A DNA stretch of 64,000 bases from Balanoglossus misakiensis (lineage: Eukaryota > Animalia > Hemichordata). Below the pieces are notes generated by a model. It worked only from the letters and a program-made list of their open reading frames with translations. It had not been told where the DNA came from and made no database searches. Numbering within the stretch: the first letter of the stretch is position 1; each line of letters begins with the position of its first letter. Positions 24,401 to 37,280 of this stretch are shown in pieces. The position numbers were made by a program, and so were the translations under genes. The stretch spans positions 9,278,390 to 9,342,389 of the forward strand of contig CM082580.2 in the NCBI GenBank assembly GCA_040954595.2, written 5' to 3'.

Positions 24401-26676
24401 TCACGTAGCTGTGAAATGTAAGAAAGGAGTACGTGTATTGAGAAAATCGCTGGAAAGATTGACCCCTTCAATTTGAGAATGTGCTCACTGCCCGATAACG
24501 ATTTGTCTGTCTTTTGCTTTAAATTCAGGTATTCAGTTATATAATCTTCCATGCAGTATATTGGCGTCTGTAATATGAATTGAAGTTAGACATATATATA
24601 TAATTCTACACTAGTGCTTCTCAGGAATAACTTAGCATTTGGAAACATACTTTATTATGTGTGTGCGCGCATGTCAACAACTTACGGAATTCTCATGAAT
24701 CTTCCAAATTTACCGAAGGGCAGGATGAGATAGCCGATGCAGAGAACGGGGAAGGCCAGCATGATCAACATGGATATGATGGCATTGCGTACCCAGCCAG
24801 AATCGCGCCAGTCGGCCAATCCATGGTACCAGAGTTGTATGAGTTGTTGCTGGCAGTGAGGGTGAGCTACAAACTGTGCAAGAGAACAAAATATCAGTTT
24901 TATGTATAAGCGTGTGTACTGTGTCTGTTAAAATAGCATTTATCGAACGCACAAATGCGAACAGTACATGACGCGAAGAGATCGCGGCAGTTTCTGTATA
25001 CTGGCGCCCTCTCACGACACCAAATTATATTACTCTCATAACTGTTGTCGTCCTCGATGAATTCAACAGAGAGTTTTTTCTGAAACGCGATATTTATTAA
25101 TAAGAAACTTCGGCCCTTAAAATAACTTCTCACCTTCCTTTGTTCTCTGGTGACCGCGTACAAAACTTTCATCGGTCGATCCTCTTTGCCAATTGCTTTG
25201 GCGTTCTTGTCCGAATCGTGACTGAGAACAGTGTTGAGCTCGGCCGAATCCCGAGTTTGGCCGAGCAGATCGGCAGAGTACTGCTCACATTTCCCCGCCA
25301 ACTCGACGTACTGTTCGCGGAATTCGTACTCTTTGGAACTCCCTCGGCGCAATTCTTGGCACAACTAGAAAAAAAAGTATAACGCAGCGATACTTTACAC
25401 TTACAATTATCAACCAGTAAGTTACGTAAAAAAAAAAAAAACCCAGCGAGATCGCAGCGGCGCATGCAATAAACAAGAGCAATACTTCGCCCGACGGCAG
25501 AGGGCGGCCCTGACAATGCGAAACGTGGGCCTGCTGTAACAGTTTGTGTAGCCATCATGTATTACTTCCCGACAAGTTTAATCAATCGCTTTACATCATT
25601 AGAATGAAAGCTTTACCTCAAATGCCCTCCGAAATGGATCCCGATTCTCTTCATCTTGCAGTTCTATAGCAGACATGTAGGCTTCACTGGAAAGGGCTTT
25701 GTATATGTTGAGAGTACCAACTGATCGCTGAATGGTGTGGCTTTCCGTCTGACCACTCGTTACTTCGATTGGTGTTGCTCCCCTTGAAAGCAGCAACTGA
25801 AATATAACAACATAAAACAATTCTTGTGTCCACATACTTCAACAACGTCCAAAACTGAAAGACAATTGACAAATCCCGAGTAATGTATAATGACCGATCA
25901 ATTACCTTGATGATTTCATAATCATTATGATGTGCCGCTAATATGATTGGAGTGGTGTCAGGGTGGATTTCTTCGCTTTTATTCCCTGCATACTCATTGA
26001 TCAGATCTTTTCCCTGAAAACGAATGGAATGAGCTTACAGTAAACAAAGTCTTAATGGATGTAAATCTAAAAACAGGGCGGTTAACGAAGTCCTTGGGCT
26101 GGAATATAAACCTATAACGCCATAACCTCAAGGTAAGTTTTCGATGTTAATCTAAACAACAATCATTTGACTTTACCTGTGGGTGGTCTAATATCATTTC
26201 TATGGCCTTGATAAATTTCGCTTCTATCGCATGGAACAGGGCAGCCCCAATATCAACATCGTGTTTAAGCAGTAGCTTCAATATTTCTGCAGGGAAAACA
26301 CGTACAAGATCATATCAGTGTACAGTGTACGGTTACTATTTTTCCTTTATTTAATGTTTGACTGAGACGATTTTAACACGTTAAGAAAGGCGTCAAGTGA
26401 GTAGTGCGTGTCTTTGTATTTTCGGCATGTTAACGGTTAACGTTGTCAAGCAAAAGCCAAAGTGGCTCTTGGTTTATAGAACTTACCAACGCTGCTACTT
26501 TCGATGGCTAGCTGTATGGCTGTGTTTCCGTTGGCGTTGGTGGCATTGATGTCGAACTGAGCCTTGTCTTTCAAAACTTTCTCCAGCGTACGAATATCTC
26601 CTCTTTCCACCGAGGCTAAGTAAAGTTGCTGCAAAGTGTTGCTGAATGCCGCGGGCTCCTCGGTTTTCTCCGCCAT
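21404..26676 (-). CDS. TRPC: TRPC-like (short transient receptor potential) channel, paralog A, 14 coding exons, about 989 aa
   Basis: Exons (minus): 26676-26487, 26286-26177, 26013-25906, 25796-25617, 25364-25134, 24873-24686, 24408-24200, 24042-23903, 23792-23131, 22998-22803, 22640-22461, 22265-22218, 22070-21967 and 21827-21404. These total 2970 nt, all GT-AG, with phases closing. Motifs: ankyrin repeats, HPDTTPIILAAHHNDYEIIK, LNIYKAL, EYEFREQY, FVAHPHCQQ, QQRGAPPNPVEW, DPTLLGD, GPLQISVGKM, pore LFWSLYGL, LLNLLIALM, TRP box EWKFSR, PAPFN and DLSTVRFEI followed by a coiled coil. Confidence 0.93.
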
Positions 26677-27184
26677 CTTGATTCCTGAAACTAAACTCAT
26701 ATCAAGTGGCGTAAATGGCACATCTTGTTTTTATTTGACTTTTACAACTGGCAAACTAAAATTGAACATTACGACTTTTCGTGTCTCTGGAGCGATTTCA
26801 AAAGTACTTAGAAAAAGAGGAATGTGTTTAAAACAGACGTAAGCACGCCAGTCATTGTCATAATGGCCCCTGACAAGGTCGCCGGATGGCTGATGTATTA
26901 GTGTCCGAATTGCTGAACACTAAAAAGTCAATTGGATTATGTCTACATAAAACATGGCGAGCCATAGAAACCTTGAACAGATGAACACCGTGCGTGGCAG
27001 TAGCACAGTTATTATTAATGTACACGAAAGTGATTATAATACTTCAGATAATAGCACTACTATTGAAATATGGGGGGGGGGGGGGGGGAGTCGTTCTGGT
27101 CAAGATTACGTAATCCGAAATTTCAACACTTTAGTAAACGTGTCAGCGCTTTTACGCACTTCGAACGAGGCGCTTTTGATTTGG

Positions 27185-27274
27185 GTCACGTGACGTGACT
27201 CGTGACGCGTCAGAGCAAAGTTTTCGCTGCTGATTGGTTGGAGCCACCTGGACCACCTCCACTTGGAAATTTCC
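27185..27274. promoter_or_regulatory. Promoter-like motif cluster between TRPC paralog A and a putative divergent ncRNA
   Basis: Within 90 bp there are an E-box GTCACGTGAC (CACGTG at 27187-27192), an overlapping TGACGT half-CRE, an inverted CCAAT (ATTGG at 27233-27237) and palindromic GGAAATTTCC (27265-27274). Confidence 0.4.
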
Positions 27275-28660
27275 GTCTAGCCTCCGTGCATTTTCATTTG
27301 AGAGTCAGACGGCCACGCTGCAGCACGGACAACGAGAAGATGCGGAGAACTCTGTCCCCCAAAACAGAGTTTCTCCGCTGGATAGTTTTCACGACGACAG
27401 CGGTAAGTAAAGTAACATAAGTAGACACATTTACTCAATTTTTGACCAGAAACATGGGTTATTTTGTGGCGAATTGCGGGCAACCAAAAAGCCAGACGTT
27501 CTACACCACAGAATTACAAAAAATGGATGCGTCACAGCCAGGCAGCTCGAGTCAGCGCTTCCCTGCGTTTGAATTCACTAATTCCACCCTTTCGCGTGAC
27601 TTAATTTGAGATGACGGTTTATCAAATTTAAGACAAGTCGGTGTTGAAGCTCTACTGGTGGGTGGCAGGTTTTTTTCATAAAAACGGGTAGTTTTTCGGG
27701 GGCTACGATGAATTGGTTGCGGGTTCGATGAATTGACAGCGGGTCCACGTGCAGTCAGCGTGTTTTCGAGTGTGAGCGAATGAAAATTTCGTATTATACT
27801 ACCAGACAATGGCAAAAATAAGCTTTGGAATGCTTCATTGGGCACAGTTATTTTTGCGTGTCTGTGCAGTCTTTGCCAAAAAGACAATTTTTGTCGGAGT
27901 TTAAAATGTTCCGCTTGACTGTAGGCCTTAACTTGAAAATATGTAAATGTACATGCCATGCTGGGGTTTTAGGCTACTTGTCTGTCAGCGAAGCCCTAAA
28001 ACATGTATTGTCGTCGTGTACGATGTACAATATGCGAATGAACAACAGTTTAGCGTACGCTGATCACGGTTTACATATGGTTTCGTGTTCATGGATAGGC
28101 ATTCAATTTGTTTCCTTATTTTTTTTGCAGATCGACGGCCCAGATGAACTGATTCTGGACGTTCCACGCGGATGCTATGATGTTGTACAAGCATGATGTC
28201 AGAGTAAGCGGTATTAGCCAAATTTTGGGCAATTTTTAAGATTTTTCAACGATTCTGACTGGTGCCGGTAGCCAGTTCAGCGAACCAATTTTGCACAAAT
28301 CTGAAGAATGCAACAATACGGATGCCATATGTGGATGTCATTACAGTTTGAAAACCAACATGACTACATGCTCGGTGCATGGGTCATTTTTGTTACGGCA
28401 CCAACAAGTTCATCGACTTTGAATGCTTCGAAAGGTGCTCGTTGTTGTGAATGCGTGTGTGCATGAGTGTACGGTAAGTTGTACGGTATATTTGGGCCAT
28501 GCAGCTAGACTACAATGAGGTGAGCGTTTGTATGTTCCATGGCTGAATGGAGACCAGTGGATGAAGTTTCGTAACAAGTAAGTTATATAGACATAAATAA
28601 AATCCCCGGTGCGGGTGGGTCCCATCCCTTAGACTGTTGGTTTAATATAATTAATACGCG

Positions 28661-29410
28661 TTTTTTCAGACATGTTATCTTTCATCATTATTCAATAAAA
28701 AATATTAAAAACATACACGCACTCATAATACTGGGAGTGGTTTATTTCCGTACCGATCATCTTCGCGCGTGCGTATATAGTTAATAGTTTTTTAGATATG
28801 TTATCTTTCGTCATTATTCAATAAAAAATATTAAAAACATACGTGTATTGATAAAACTGAGAGTGGTTTATTTCCGTACCGATCATCTTCCCCTCGTGTA
28901 TATAGTTACTACAGGTTTTTTTTATAGAATTGTTATCTTTCGTCATTATTCAATAAAAAAAATAAAAACATACACGCACTCATAATACTGAGAGTGGTTT
29001 ATTTCCGTACCGATCATCTTCCCCTCGTGTATATAGTTACTACAGGTTTTTTTTAGAATTGTTATCTTTCGTCATTATTCAATAAAAAAAATATTGAAAA
29101 CATACATGTATTGATAAAACTGAGAGTGGTTTATTTCCGTACCGATCATCTTAGGGCTGCGTATATAGATAATACAAGTTTTTTTGAGATATGTAATCTT
29201 TCGTCATTATTCAATAAAAAAAAACATTAAAAACATGCATGCACTCATAATACTGGGAGTGGTTTATTTCCGTACCGATCATCTTAGGGCTGCGTATATA
29301 GATAATACAATTTTTTTGAGATATGTAATCTTTCGTCATTATTCAATAAAAAAAACCATTAAAAACATGCATGCACTCGTAATTTTTTTTTTCAGATTTG
29401 TAATCTTTAC
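28661..29410. repeat. Minisatellite, about 130-bp unit, about 5.5-6 copies
   Basis: The unit (tgttatctttcgtcattattcaataaaaaa...gagtggtttatttccgtaccgatcatctt...gtatatag) starts at about 28672, 28798, 28930, 29059, 29191 and 29323. Confidence 0.93.
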
Positions 29411-29569
29411 CACAACTCCAATGCAATCAATAAAACTTTATCGAAACATGTACTGGTAAAACCCGACTGGTTAATTTTGCACACATCTTCGCGTGTGTGT
29501 ACGTCTGTTATTATGACAGAGGTTTTCTTTCGTGTTCCTGATATTTTTAGACATTAACTTCATTATTTG

Positions 29570-29930
29570 CTTGTTTTGCAGATGCAGAGACGATATCAAC
29601 TCATAATAGTAATTCATCAACCAAGCTGGGGCCTAAGTGACTAGTTATTTTTGCCATACAGCAGTATGGCTGGGTGCGGTAAGGGCAGTATGTTCAATGG
29701 CTGAACGATCATGAATATTACAGACATTCATTTCATTTCCTTGTTTTGCAGATCCAGAGACGAGATCAACTCATAATAGTATTCATCAACCAAGCTGGGG
29801 CCCAAGTGACTAGTTATTTTCACCATGCAGCAGTATGGCTGGGTGCGGTAAGGGCAGTATGTTCAATGGCTGAACGATCATGAATATTACAGACATTCAC
29901 TTCATTTCCTTGTTTTGCAGATCCAGAGAA
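29570..29930. repeat. Tandem duplication of a 170-bp unit (about 2.1 copies)
   Basis: ttgttttgcagat(g/c)cagaga recurs at about 29571, 29741 and 29910 with near-identical intervening sequence. A diverged related copy lies at about 30487. Confidence 0.9.
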
Positions 29931-32206
29931 GTTCAATGGCTGAACGCGAAGACCAGATGTTTCAAGCAAGGTTTGACAAACGTTATAGACATCAAAGCCT
30001 CTCTTTTCATAGTGGTCATTTTGAAGTTTTTTTTCCGATTCAGACTGGTCCCGTTACCCAGTCAAGCGGAATGATTTTTCACAAACCTGCATGTAACAAT
30101 ATAGACCCTGACTGCTAGATGCAAGGGGTGGCCATTTTGTTATGGCACAGACATGTTCGCCATTTTTGTAGGTGACATTCCATTTACATGCTTTTCATTT
30201 TTTCCAGGGATCCCTTAGATGATGCCAAGATGATTGCCAGCCTGTGTGATTGATGTCCAGAGATTTCTGCATGGTTGCGGGAAGGTAAGAATTGTGGGAA
30301 AGAAAACTGAAGCAATGACGGAGACAATGCATTGTAGGGGGGGGGGGGGGGGGTGTTGGGGTGCGTTTGTTCACAGCCATAGATATTTGCATGATGTACC
30401 ATCTGCGCATGTACAATTGGCGTACAGTAGTAATCGTGCTTTGTTTCATGTCCATGGATATTATAGACATTCATTTCTACTTTGCTTGTTTTGCAGATGC
30501 AAAGACCAGATGGGTATCCGGCAACCAAGCTGGGGACGAAGTGTCCATTTTCCGTGATGCAGCTTTAACTGTTACTGGCAGTCTGCAGTTACCACCTAAA
30601 ATCTAATGACATTACATGTAGTATTTCCATTGATGTTTACAAAGTAATATACAATGTACTTGCTCCTTTTTCATATTGTAAGAATACAGATAATACTGTT
30701 TGCATTTTAATATCTTTTGTTTATGTTTTAAAAACTTGGAAATGAAATTTTCAATGAAGTAGATTAAAATGAAATACTTGTGTCTGTATCACGTGTCTGT
30801 ATCATTTTATTACCCCAACACTTTCCCTTGATGTTGAGATAATTGAAACGAGTAAGGTCGACTCGTTAATTTGTAGCAAACTCTGTTGTCCCATTGAAAC
30901 TCAACGGGCGTCAGGTTTGCAACCAGTACAGATACTGACATAAATATTGCAAAGATGGTGAAAAGTCTGTAAAGTTTAATCCAATTTAGTTGATCCTTGT
31001 AAGATGTACTCTGGTCGCCAAAACTAAACATGTAAATTAATTACTATATTAACATTCCGTGTCCTCGGAAGTTTAGATACAGCAATACTGCAAATGAACG
31101 CCGCTTAAAAAATAAATTTTTTCCTGACTTGACAGTTAATCAGGCCCCCTTCCCCGCAATGCATCCGAGCGTCTGAGCTCCTAATCATTGTTGGTGATTT
31201 CAATAGGAAGCGAAGGGAGGGGGCAAACGTCGGTTTACGTCGCTGAGGGCGCCATAATAATAATCTCCAATGCAGCAGCAAGTGCCAGCCACCCCTCCTG
31301 TCTATAACACACAAATAAAACAAACCCCAGGGTTGCAACATACTCCTGCTATTTATACATGGCCCGCCATTTCAGCTTGTCGTCTGCCTAAAATGGTCGG
31401 AATTTTCCATCCGTCTTCATTACAATTTTGAAACAAAACCGACCAAGGCGCCTTTGTCGTTGCTATGTGGCATATATTGTTACAGACAGCGTTAATTCCG
31501 CTTTGATCCTAGCTGGACCCCATATATTACTCATATTAATTGTAAGTCAATCAGTCGACTGTTGTACTGATTGATTGATCATGGAGTTTTCCATTCATCA
31601 AGTTGAACGGGAAGTTGAACGGGCTCACTGCATGCAAATGTGATATTGACCGCCTGGAATTCTTCATCTCGACCTAGTTCTTGCAAATACCTAAATACTT
31701 CAGTAGGATGAAACTTAAGACCCCTTGTCTGGAAATTCATGTCTGACCTAGTTGCTACCTGAATACGTATGCGTCATGGAATACCAAGTTCAAGTCAGTC
31801 GACGTCTGTCAGTCCAAGATCAGACATGATGAGGGGATAGAGATCGATCCGTGTTGGGGTGCAGCTATAAAACGCGAACAGGACATATATTGCACCGAGA
31901 GAGAGGGGCTCCAGAAAGGGAGCTGAGGGAAGCTTTAGAAAAGGTGTTTGTTCGACTGACAAATCCATTTCAAATGGAAGACTGGCGGCAGAGGGGTAAA
32001 CCCAAAGAGGTGGCAGTTGAAATCTACCGTCGTGAATACACGCTTTGTCGTAGGCCGGATATACGTACCACACCCTTCAATGGAAGAATGAATACATGTT
32101 TTGACAGTGAGTTAGTTAGTTACAGCAAATAGGTCAGGGTATGACCCTTCCAGTGCGCAATTATCACCACTTGCCAAACAGAATCATATTTCTCTCAATT
32201 TTAATT

Positions 32207-32354
32207 GTCATTTTATTATTATTACAAAACAAGCGATACATTTCAATGAATGGATTTAATTATGCGTAGTCCATGCGGGTCATTTTATTATTATTACAAA
32301 ACAAGCGATACATTTCAATTAATGGATTTAATTATGCGTAGTCCATGCGGGTCA
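32207..32354. repeat. Tandem duplication, 72-bp unit x2
   Basis: gtcattttattattattacaaaacaagcgatacatttcaat(g/t)aatggatttaattatgcgtagtccatgcgg occurs at 32207 and 32279 with one mismatch. Confidence 0.92.
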
Positions 32355-35300
32355 GCGGGTGATCACGGACTAAACTTTTGTAAAAACAACAACGACAGAA
32401 ACATCCATACTACAAAGTCACAAAAATGATGCCCTTTATGTTTTCATATATTAGATTACTTCTACAAGATAGACAGTATACATTAATGGGGATTCTAGCC
32501 AATTGACCATGAAGACTTCGACAGGCGGCGCCGTTGAGAGAGATTATCACTGGAGTCACTCAAAACATAATTGCTCTTGACCAGTAGCCCGCATCATCCG
32601 ATTGGGTAGCCCGATACTTTAAAAGGGGATAGGCAATGCACAGTCAACTTTTTGGTTTCCCTATTAAACTGTTCTGTGCACAGACAAAAGGGACATTGTT
32701 TATTTCTATAGAAGTGCCCACGTCAAGAAATAGTGGTCTTCAAGATGTTTTACCTGACCAGGATGTAATAATAAATTTAAAGAGTCGCCTTTCTCGTTAC
32801 TGAAGCGATGAATACAACCAAGAGATTGTGAGACACGCTCTCATCCGAGTGAAAGTTGTTCGTTACCGAGAGACGTGATATTTTCCGTTCGTTCCTCGGA
32901 GCGTGCATGTATGTAGCGCCACGTGTCAATAATTGCAGCCACGACTACGCAAAGTTAACGACTGCATGTTCTGGTTAATTTTAAAGTAATGAGGGTTCAG
33001 TAAACCAATCGTGATTCTGATTGTGCTACACATACATATATCTTTTTATGTGGAAAGTGAACCGTAATATCGAAAAACCGCATCCCAACTTGATACAAAT
33101 ACTTTCATCGACAGCGAACGGTTGTCACTACCGTCGCTCCCAGTGCCTACCGTAGACACATAGGCAGTTTGACAAGTTCTATCTGACCAGTGGGATTTTC
33201 GATGCAACCGATATATCTGTCTATTTGTCGTGTGAGACTGTTAGTAAAGAAAATGACATGCTCAAGTAAATTCAATATCGAATTTGTCTCTTTTCGGAAC
33301 AATAAATCTTGGCACTCATTGACCACTTCTACTGAATCGGACCAACACTAATTAAAGAAGGAAGAAGGAACGAATGGTGAGAGGGAGGAATGATTAAAAC
33401 TTACTTTTAAGTTTGTTGACCGATTCTCCGTCAGATGTCTTTGGAAGACGTCATCTGTCTTTTAATCGGCGACGTGGATTTGGCTGCTGGGGTTACTTTG
33501 CTATTCCCACTTCGCCTTTCCAATATCATAGACTGTGCCTAATACGACTCCCTTTTCCTTTCCGATGCTTGGCTGATAAAAACGCGCATGAACAATGTCA
33601 TGAAGCTCTGACCAATCAGGAGGCGTTAGACGGACTTCAATCTCGCCAAACCCTTGACGGTAGTGTCCTTCACCTGATAGGAAATCAATAAAGAAAACTC
33701 TGATTGGTCAATTAAGTAATGTAGAAACACACAAACAGACATTTGTTTATAGGTCATTGGAGGTCACATATGGCACAGCAGAGAGGCCAGCCTTTTACTG
33801 CACTGATGCGGCCAGGCCAGTCTGACACTGTTTGCATCTGTTCTGCAGTGGATTAATGTAATCCAATAGGTAATTTGATCCTTTCGCTGTTTTACATAGA
33901 AGTCACAACTCGGCTCACTTTAAGCTTCCAAGATTAGTCTGTGAGTTGTTTCAGAGCAGGTTTTATTTTATGTCCGCTCTCACAAATCTCTGCCAAGGCC
34001 TGACCTCGACGTCCTTGAAATAGGAGAAAGTAATTCAAGTTTATTTACACGTTGGAATGACAGTTATCTTTTAATGACAACACATGGCTTTTGTTTATTA
34101 TTGGCCGATGTATTTAGACAATGGCGAAGGTTTTAAGTAAAATGGTTATAGCCAGGAGGAGTTATATATAGGGTGGTCGTCCCATCTCCGCCTGTCACGG
34201 ACAATGTCTCTTTCCAGGTGGCTGGATGATCCCCGAAATCAGACTTTGGCGGAGCGAGTCCCTACATTACGTGTACATGTACATATGGATTTTAAAGCGC
34301 CTCCACGCGGTTGTATATGACTTGTAAATAGCTTACTACAAGCGCCATAAAATAGTCAACCGCTGGTGTTTGCAAATTGTTTTAAAAAAACTGATCTATC
34401 CAACGCATTAAGATATGCGATAAACGGAAACACCACCCCAAGGCCAAGAAGCCGGGCTGAGTGGTTAATGGATATTATGGCTGAGGGTTGGGGATATGTT
34501 TCACGCCCTGTCCCGGTCGCTCTTAGCTTTGAGGGTGGAGAGGAAAGGCGCAATGACCCATGTGTGGCTTACGGCTGCAGTACAGTACTAGTATCCAGCT
34601 AATGGTCGCATGGAACTAGAAATAGATATTGGCCTTTGCAGACTGCCAAGTTGACATGTCTATTTAGGACAATTGGAAGCCACCTTGCCCCCAGTGTGAA
34701 CGGTGATTTGATACTAACATTTGACATTTACAATTATGCCTTGGCTCTGCTGGGGGTACATTATCGCCGAGCTTTTAAAGATACATTCTAGAATTTTTCT
34801 GCGAGGCGAACTCGTGGGGTACCCAGGTCCGTTAGATATTGACATTTCTCTATTTCTCATTCCCAGTGCATATTTAGTAACGCTCGTCCATTTTATAGTA
34901 TTTCTCAAATGCACATAAACCGGCAAAGACGTGAAGATGGTGAGGTCGATCAAAATACTTCAAGAATCATCATATTGACCGACTAATGCTGATCCTGTCT
35001 GTTGTCAGCTTATGTTAGACTGCAGCTGGCGTAATTTGAACGCGGTCTGGTCCACATGATGGATATGCATATTTTATTTAGATTGTTCACGATATTTGAT
35101 AGACTGTTGATTTGCAAAGATATTCCACCCGGCATAAAATGTCTCGAGCGGAAAAAAGTTTATTGAGTTAGACATTTTACCTCTCCGCTCATCCATGCAC
35201 ATGCGTACACTGGCCGATGAAACACTTTATAGGTTTGATATTGCAAAGTTTCAAAGTTGAGACCTGACTCAAAATCGTTGCTTTTCATGAGAACCCTCTC

Positions 35301-37280
35301 TAATTGCTGTAGGTATAAACGGCCTCCAATAAGAATGCCCAAGAAGCACCAATTCCCTCATGAGCACCACCCATCTAGTTAACCTGATATGACCCTAGTC
35401 AGTATGACGGCTCGCACGAGACCTACAGGGTTATATCAAGTCGATCGACTCGTTAAGTTGATAGTGTACGGTGTAAAAGAAAAGAAAGAAAACTGCAAAA
35501 CACGATCATGCATGGTAATTGCAAATTTTGCGGATTATTTGACGTATTGCGAAAAATGGCAGCAATATTTTAAAAATTGATATCACAGTTCCCTTGTCAG
35601 ACAGGAGATATCAGATAGCGCCCCACTAACCAGTCCCTGGAAAGCTCATATCCTGAATTTTTTTGATCGAGTTGATCAAATATTTTGTCAGCGCATTTTG
35701 TACGCGTTCGTCATACCAATCAAAATAGACTCTGAAGGAATAACTTATATGCTGTCCGGGTCTGGGGTTCCAACATCTGGAATTCCTTGGATCCAGGTCT
35801 GAGATGGTAAGAGGTGAGCGTGACCCGGATTTTCTCAAAGGTTCCATATTGGCATTAAGAAACCAGCTTAAAACGATAAAAAGTTTGAACGTTTCTTTGA
35901 TCGAACGTGGTAGACCAACATTCTAAACGCCACGACATTGTTGGACTTCATTTCACGAAGAACACTACATTTTCTGGTTCAAGGTCATCCTTTTTTTATC
36001 GGCGAATCATCGCAGCAAGCCCCGGCCAACACACACAGCAGGAAGCAACGGCTTTACGAGGAGATGCCGCAGATGACTTTCCATGGTGACCTTGTCCCGA
36101 AAAATGCGGTCACAGCGAGAATACCCAGGACTGGCAAGACATTCAACATGAAACCTCATTAGTAAACAAAGTCCCCCATTATATTTGAATTCCTCTTCGA
36201 TGTATGCAAGTGATCCGCGTAACATTCCTTGTAACAAAAACTACAGAATAAGCTCTTCTATATTTCAGCAATCTGAATAGCAAGAAGCTGTCGCTGGCTC
36301 AATGTTTGGTCCCTCGGGTGTCACCGATATTTAAAATAACGACAGTGCAGTCAAACGCATAATGTTGCAGTTCAACCGCTGCACTAGATAGTGCAACACA
36401 AAATTTTATTGGAGTTAGGGAAATGACAAAAGATTGCAATCTCAAACGAAAATCTTCTGGAAAGTACACAACTTATTTACCATAATGCATCAACAGAAAA
36501 TTTTCAGTTGTCTGTTTTACAATCTGGGTAAATTTGGGTTCTGTGTAGCCAATTCATTTCTTAAAATGCGAGTCGAGTTTTTTTTTCTGCATCATGTTTG
36601 CAATGTTATATTCAATTGTTGTATAGATTGCACAAATACTGTGTATGCTGTATGCTGAAGGATCAAACTTTATTAATGTCTTAATCGTAAAAAATCACGA
36701 TAAACAGCTGCAGCATATTATAACAAAGTGGATATTGGCTTCAGTCGACAGTCCCGGCTGTCATTGTGATCCGTGACGAGGTCTGTACAAATCCCCCACA
36801 TTGCTTGAGGACACGAAATCCGGTAATGATGAGCGTAAATGTCACTTCGGACAATTTCCAGTGGCATGCATGCTACAAGCAATGCGCTGTGGATATCGCG
36901 TATGCAATGTCAGTATCCAGTTGCGTGCTCCACAACGGGTCTAACGTTCTTGACAGTTGGGGGTTTCGTGCTCCATACTTGGAACTTTATTACTGGCACC
37001 AGGGACAGTCCACTTACGTACGTTTCGTGAAGTTTACAGGACCAAGTGAATAAAATACCTGCTCCATCCCGCTATATGGTTACAATTTTAGATATATATT
37101 GAAATAGGATTACATGTACAAGTGCTGAAAAGTGCAGAGTGATTGTTTATGCTTATCGGTGGACTACTTGAAGAATGTGAAATTCTCCGCCCAAATTGAT
37201 GAACACACAGATGTGCACAGTCGTATCTGCTGCCCAGTCATTGAATATTCCACGGAGTGGTGATGCTTTGCGTGAATTTA

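Larger units (their letters stand above)
27280..30790 (+). ncRNA. Putative spliced long non-coding RNA (7-8 short exons)
   Basis: There is an ordered series of strong plus-strand splice signals. The first donor is GTAAGT at 27403. Candidate exons are 28131-28203, 29582-29678, 29752-29847, 29921-29970, 30044-? and 30208-30284, with a last exon from 30497. Each is preceded by a polypyrimidine tract and CAG. ATTAAA at 30763-30768 is followed by a GT-rich tract. There is no long spliced ORF (exon 1+2 ORF is about 42 aa). Confidence 0.45.

Noticed and set aside
2198-30354. Recurrent poly-C/poly-G tracts (about 2198, 3340, 11903, 13839, 20218, 27072, 30337) as G-quadruplex elements
   Set aside because: They are scattered with no positional pattern and are most simply genome-wide low-complexity background.
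27403-30496. snoRNA-host-gene interpretation of the putative lncRNA
   Set aside because: I saw no convincing C box (RTGATGA) / D box (CTGA) pair with a terminal stem in the introns, and several introns are only about 73 nt.
31790-31930. Frame reading ..KIRHDEGIEIDPCWGAAIKREQ.., reminiscent of the C-terminal end of Penelope-type GIY-YIG endonucleases
   Set aside because: It is too short, and no upstream GIY-YIG or RT motifs or intact hammerhead core (CTGAnGA...GAAA) were visible. A Dfam or tBLASTx search would be needed to support it.
36007-36237. Minus-strand ORF with C..C..F..H..H spacing resembling a C2H2 zinc finger
   Set aside because: The spacing is non-canonical, it occurs only once, and there are no supporting splice sites or linker.
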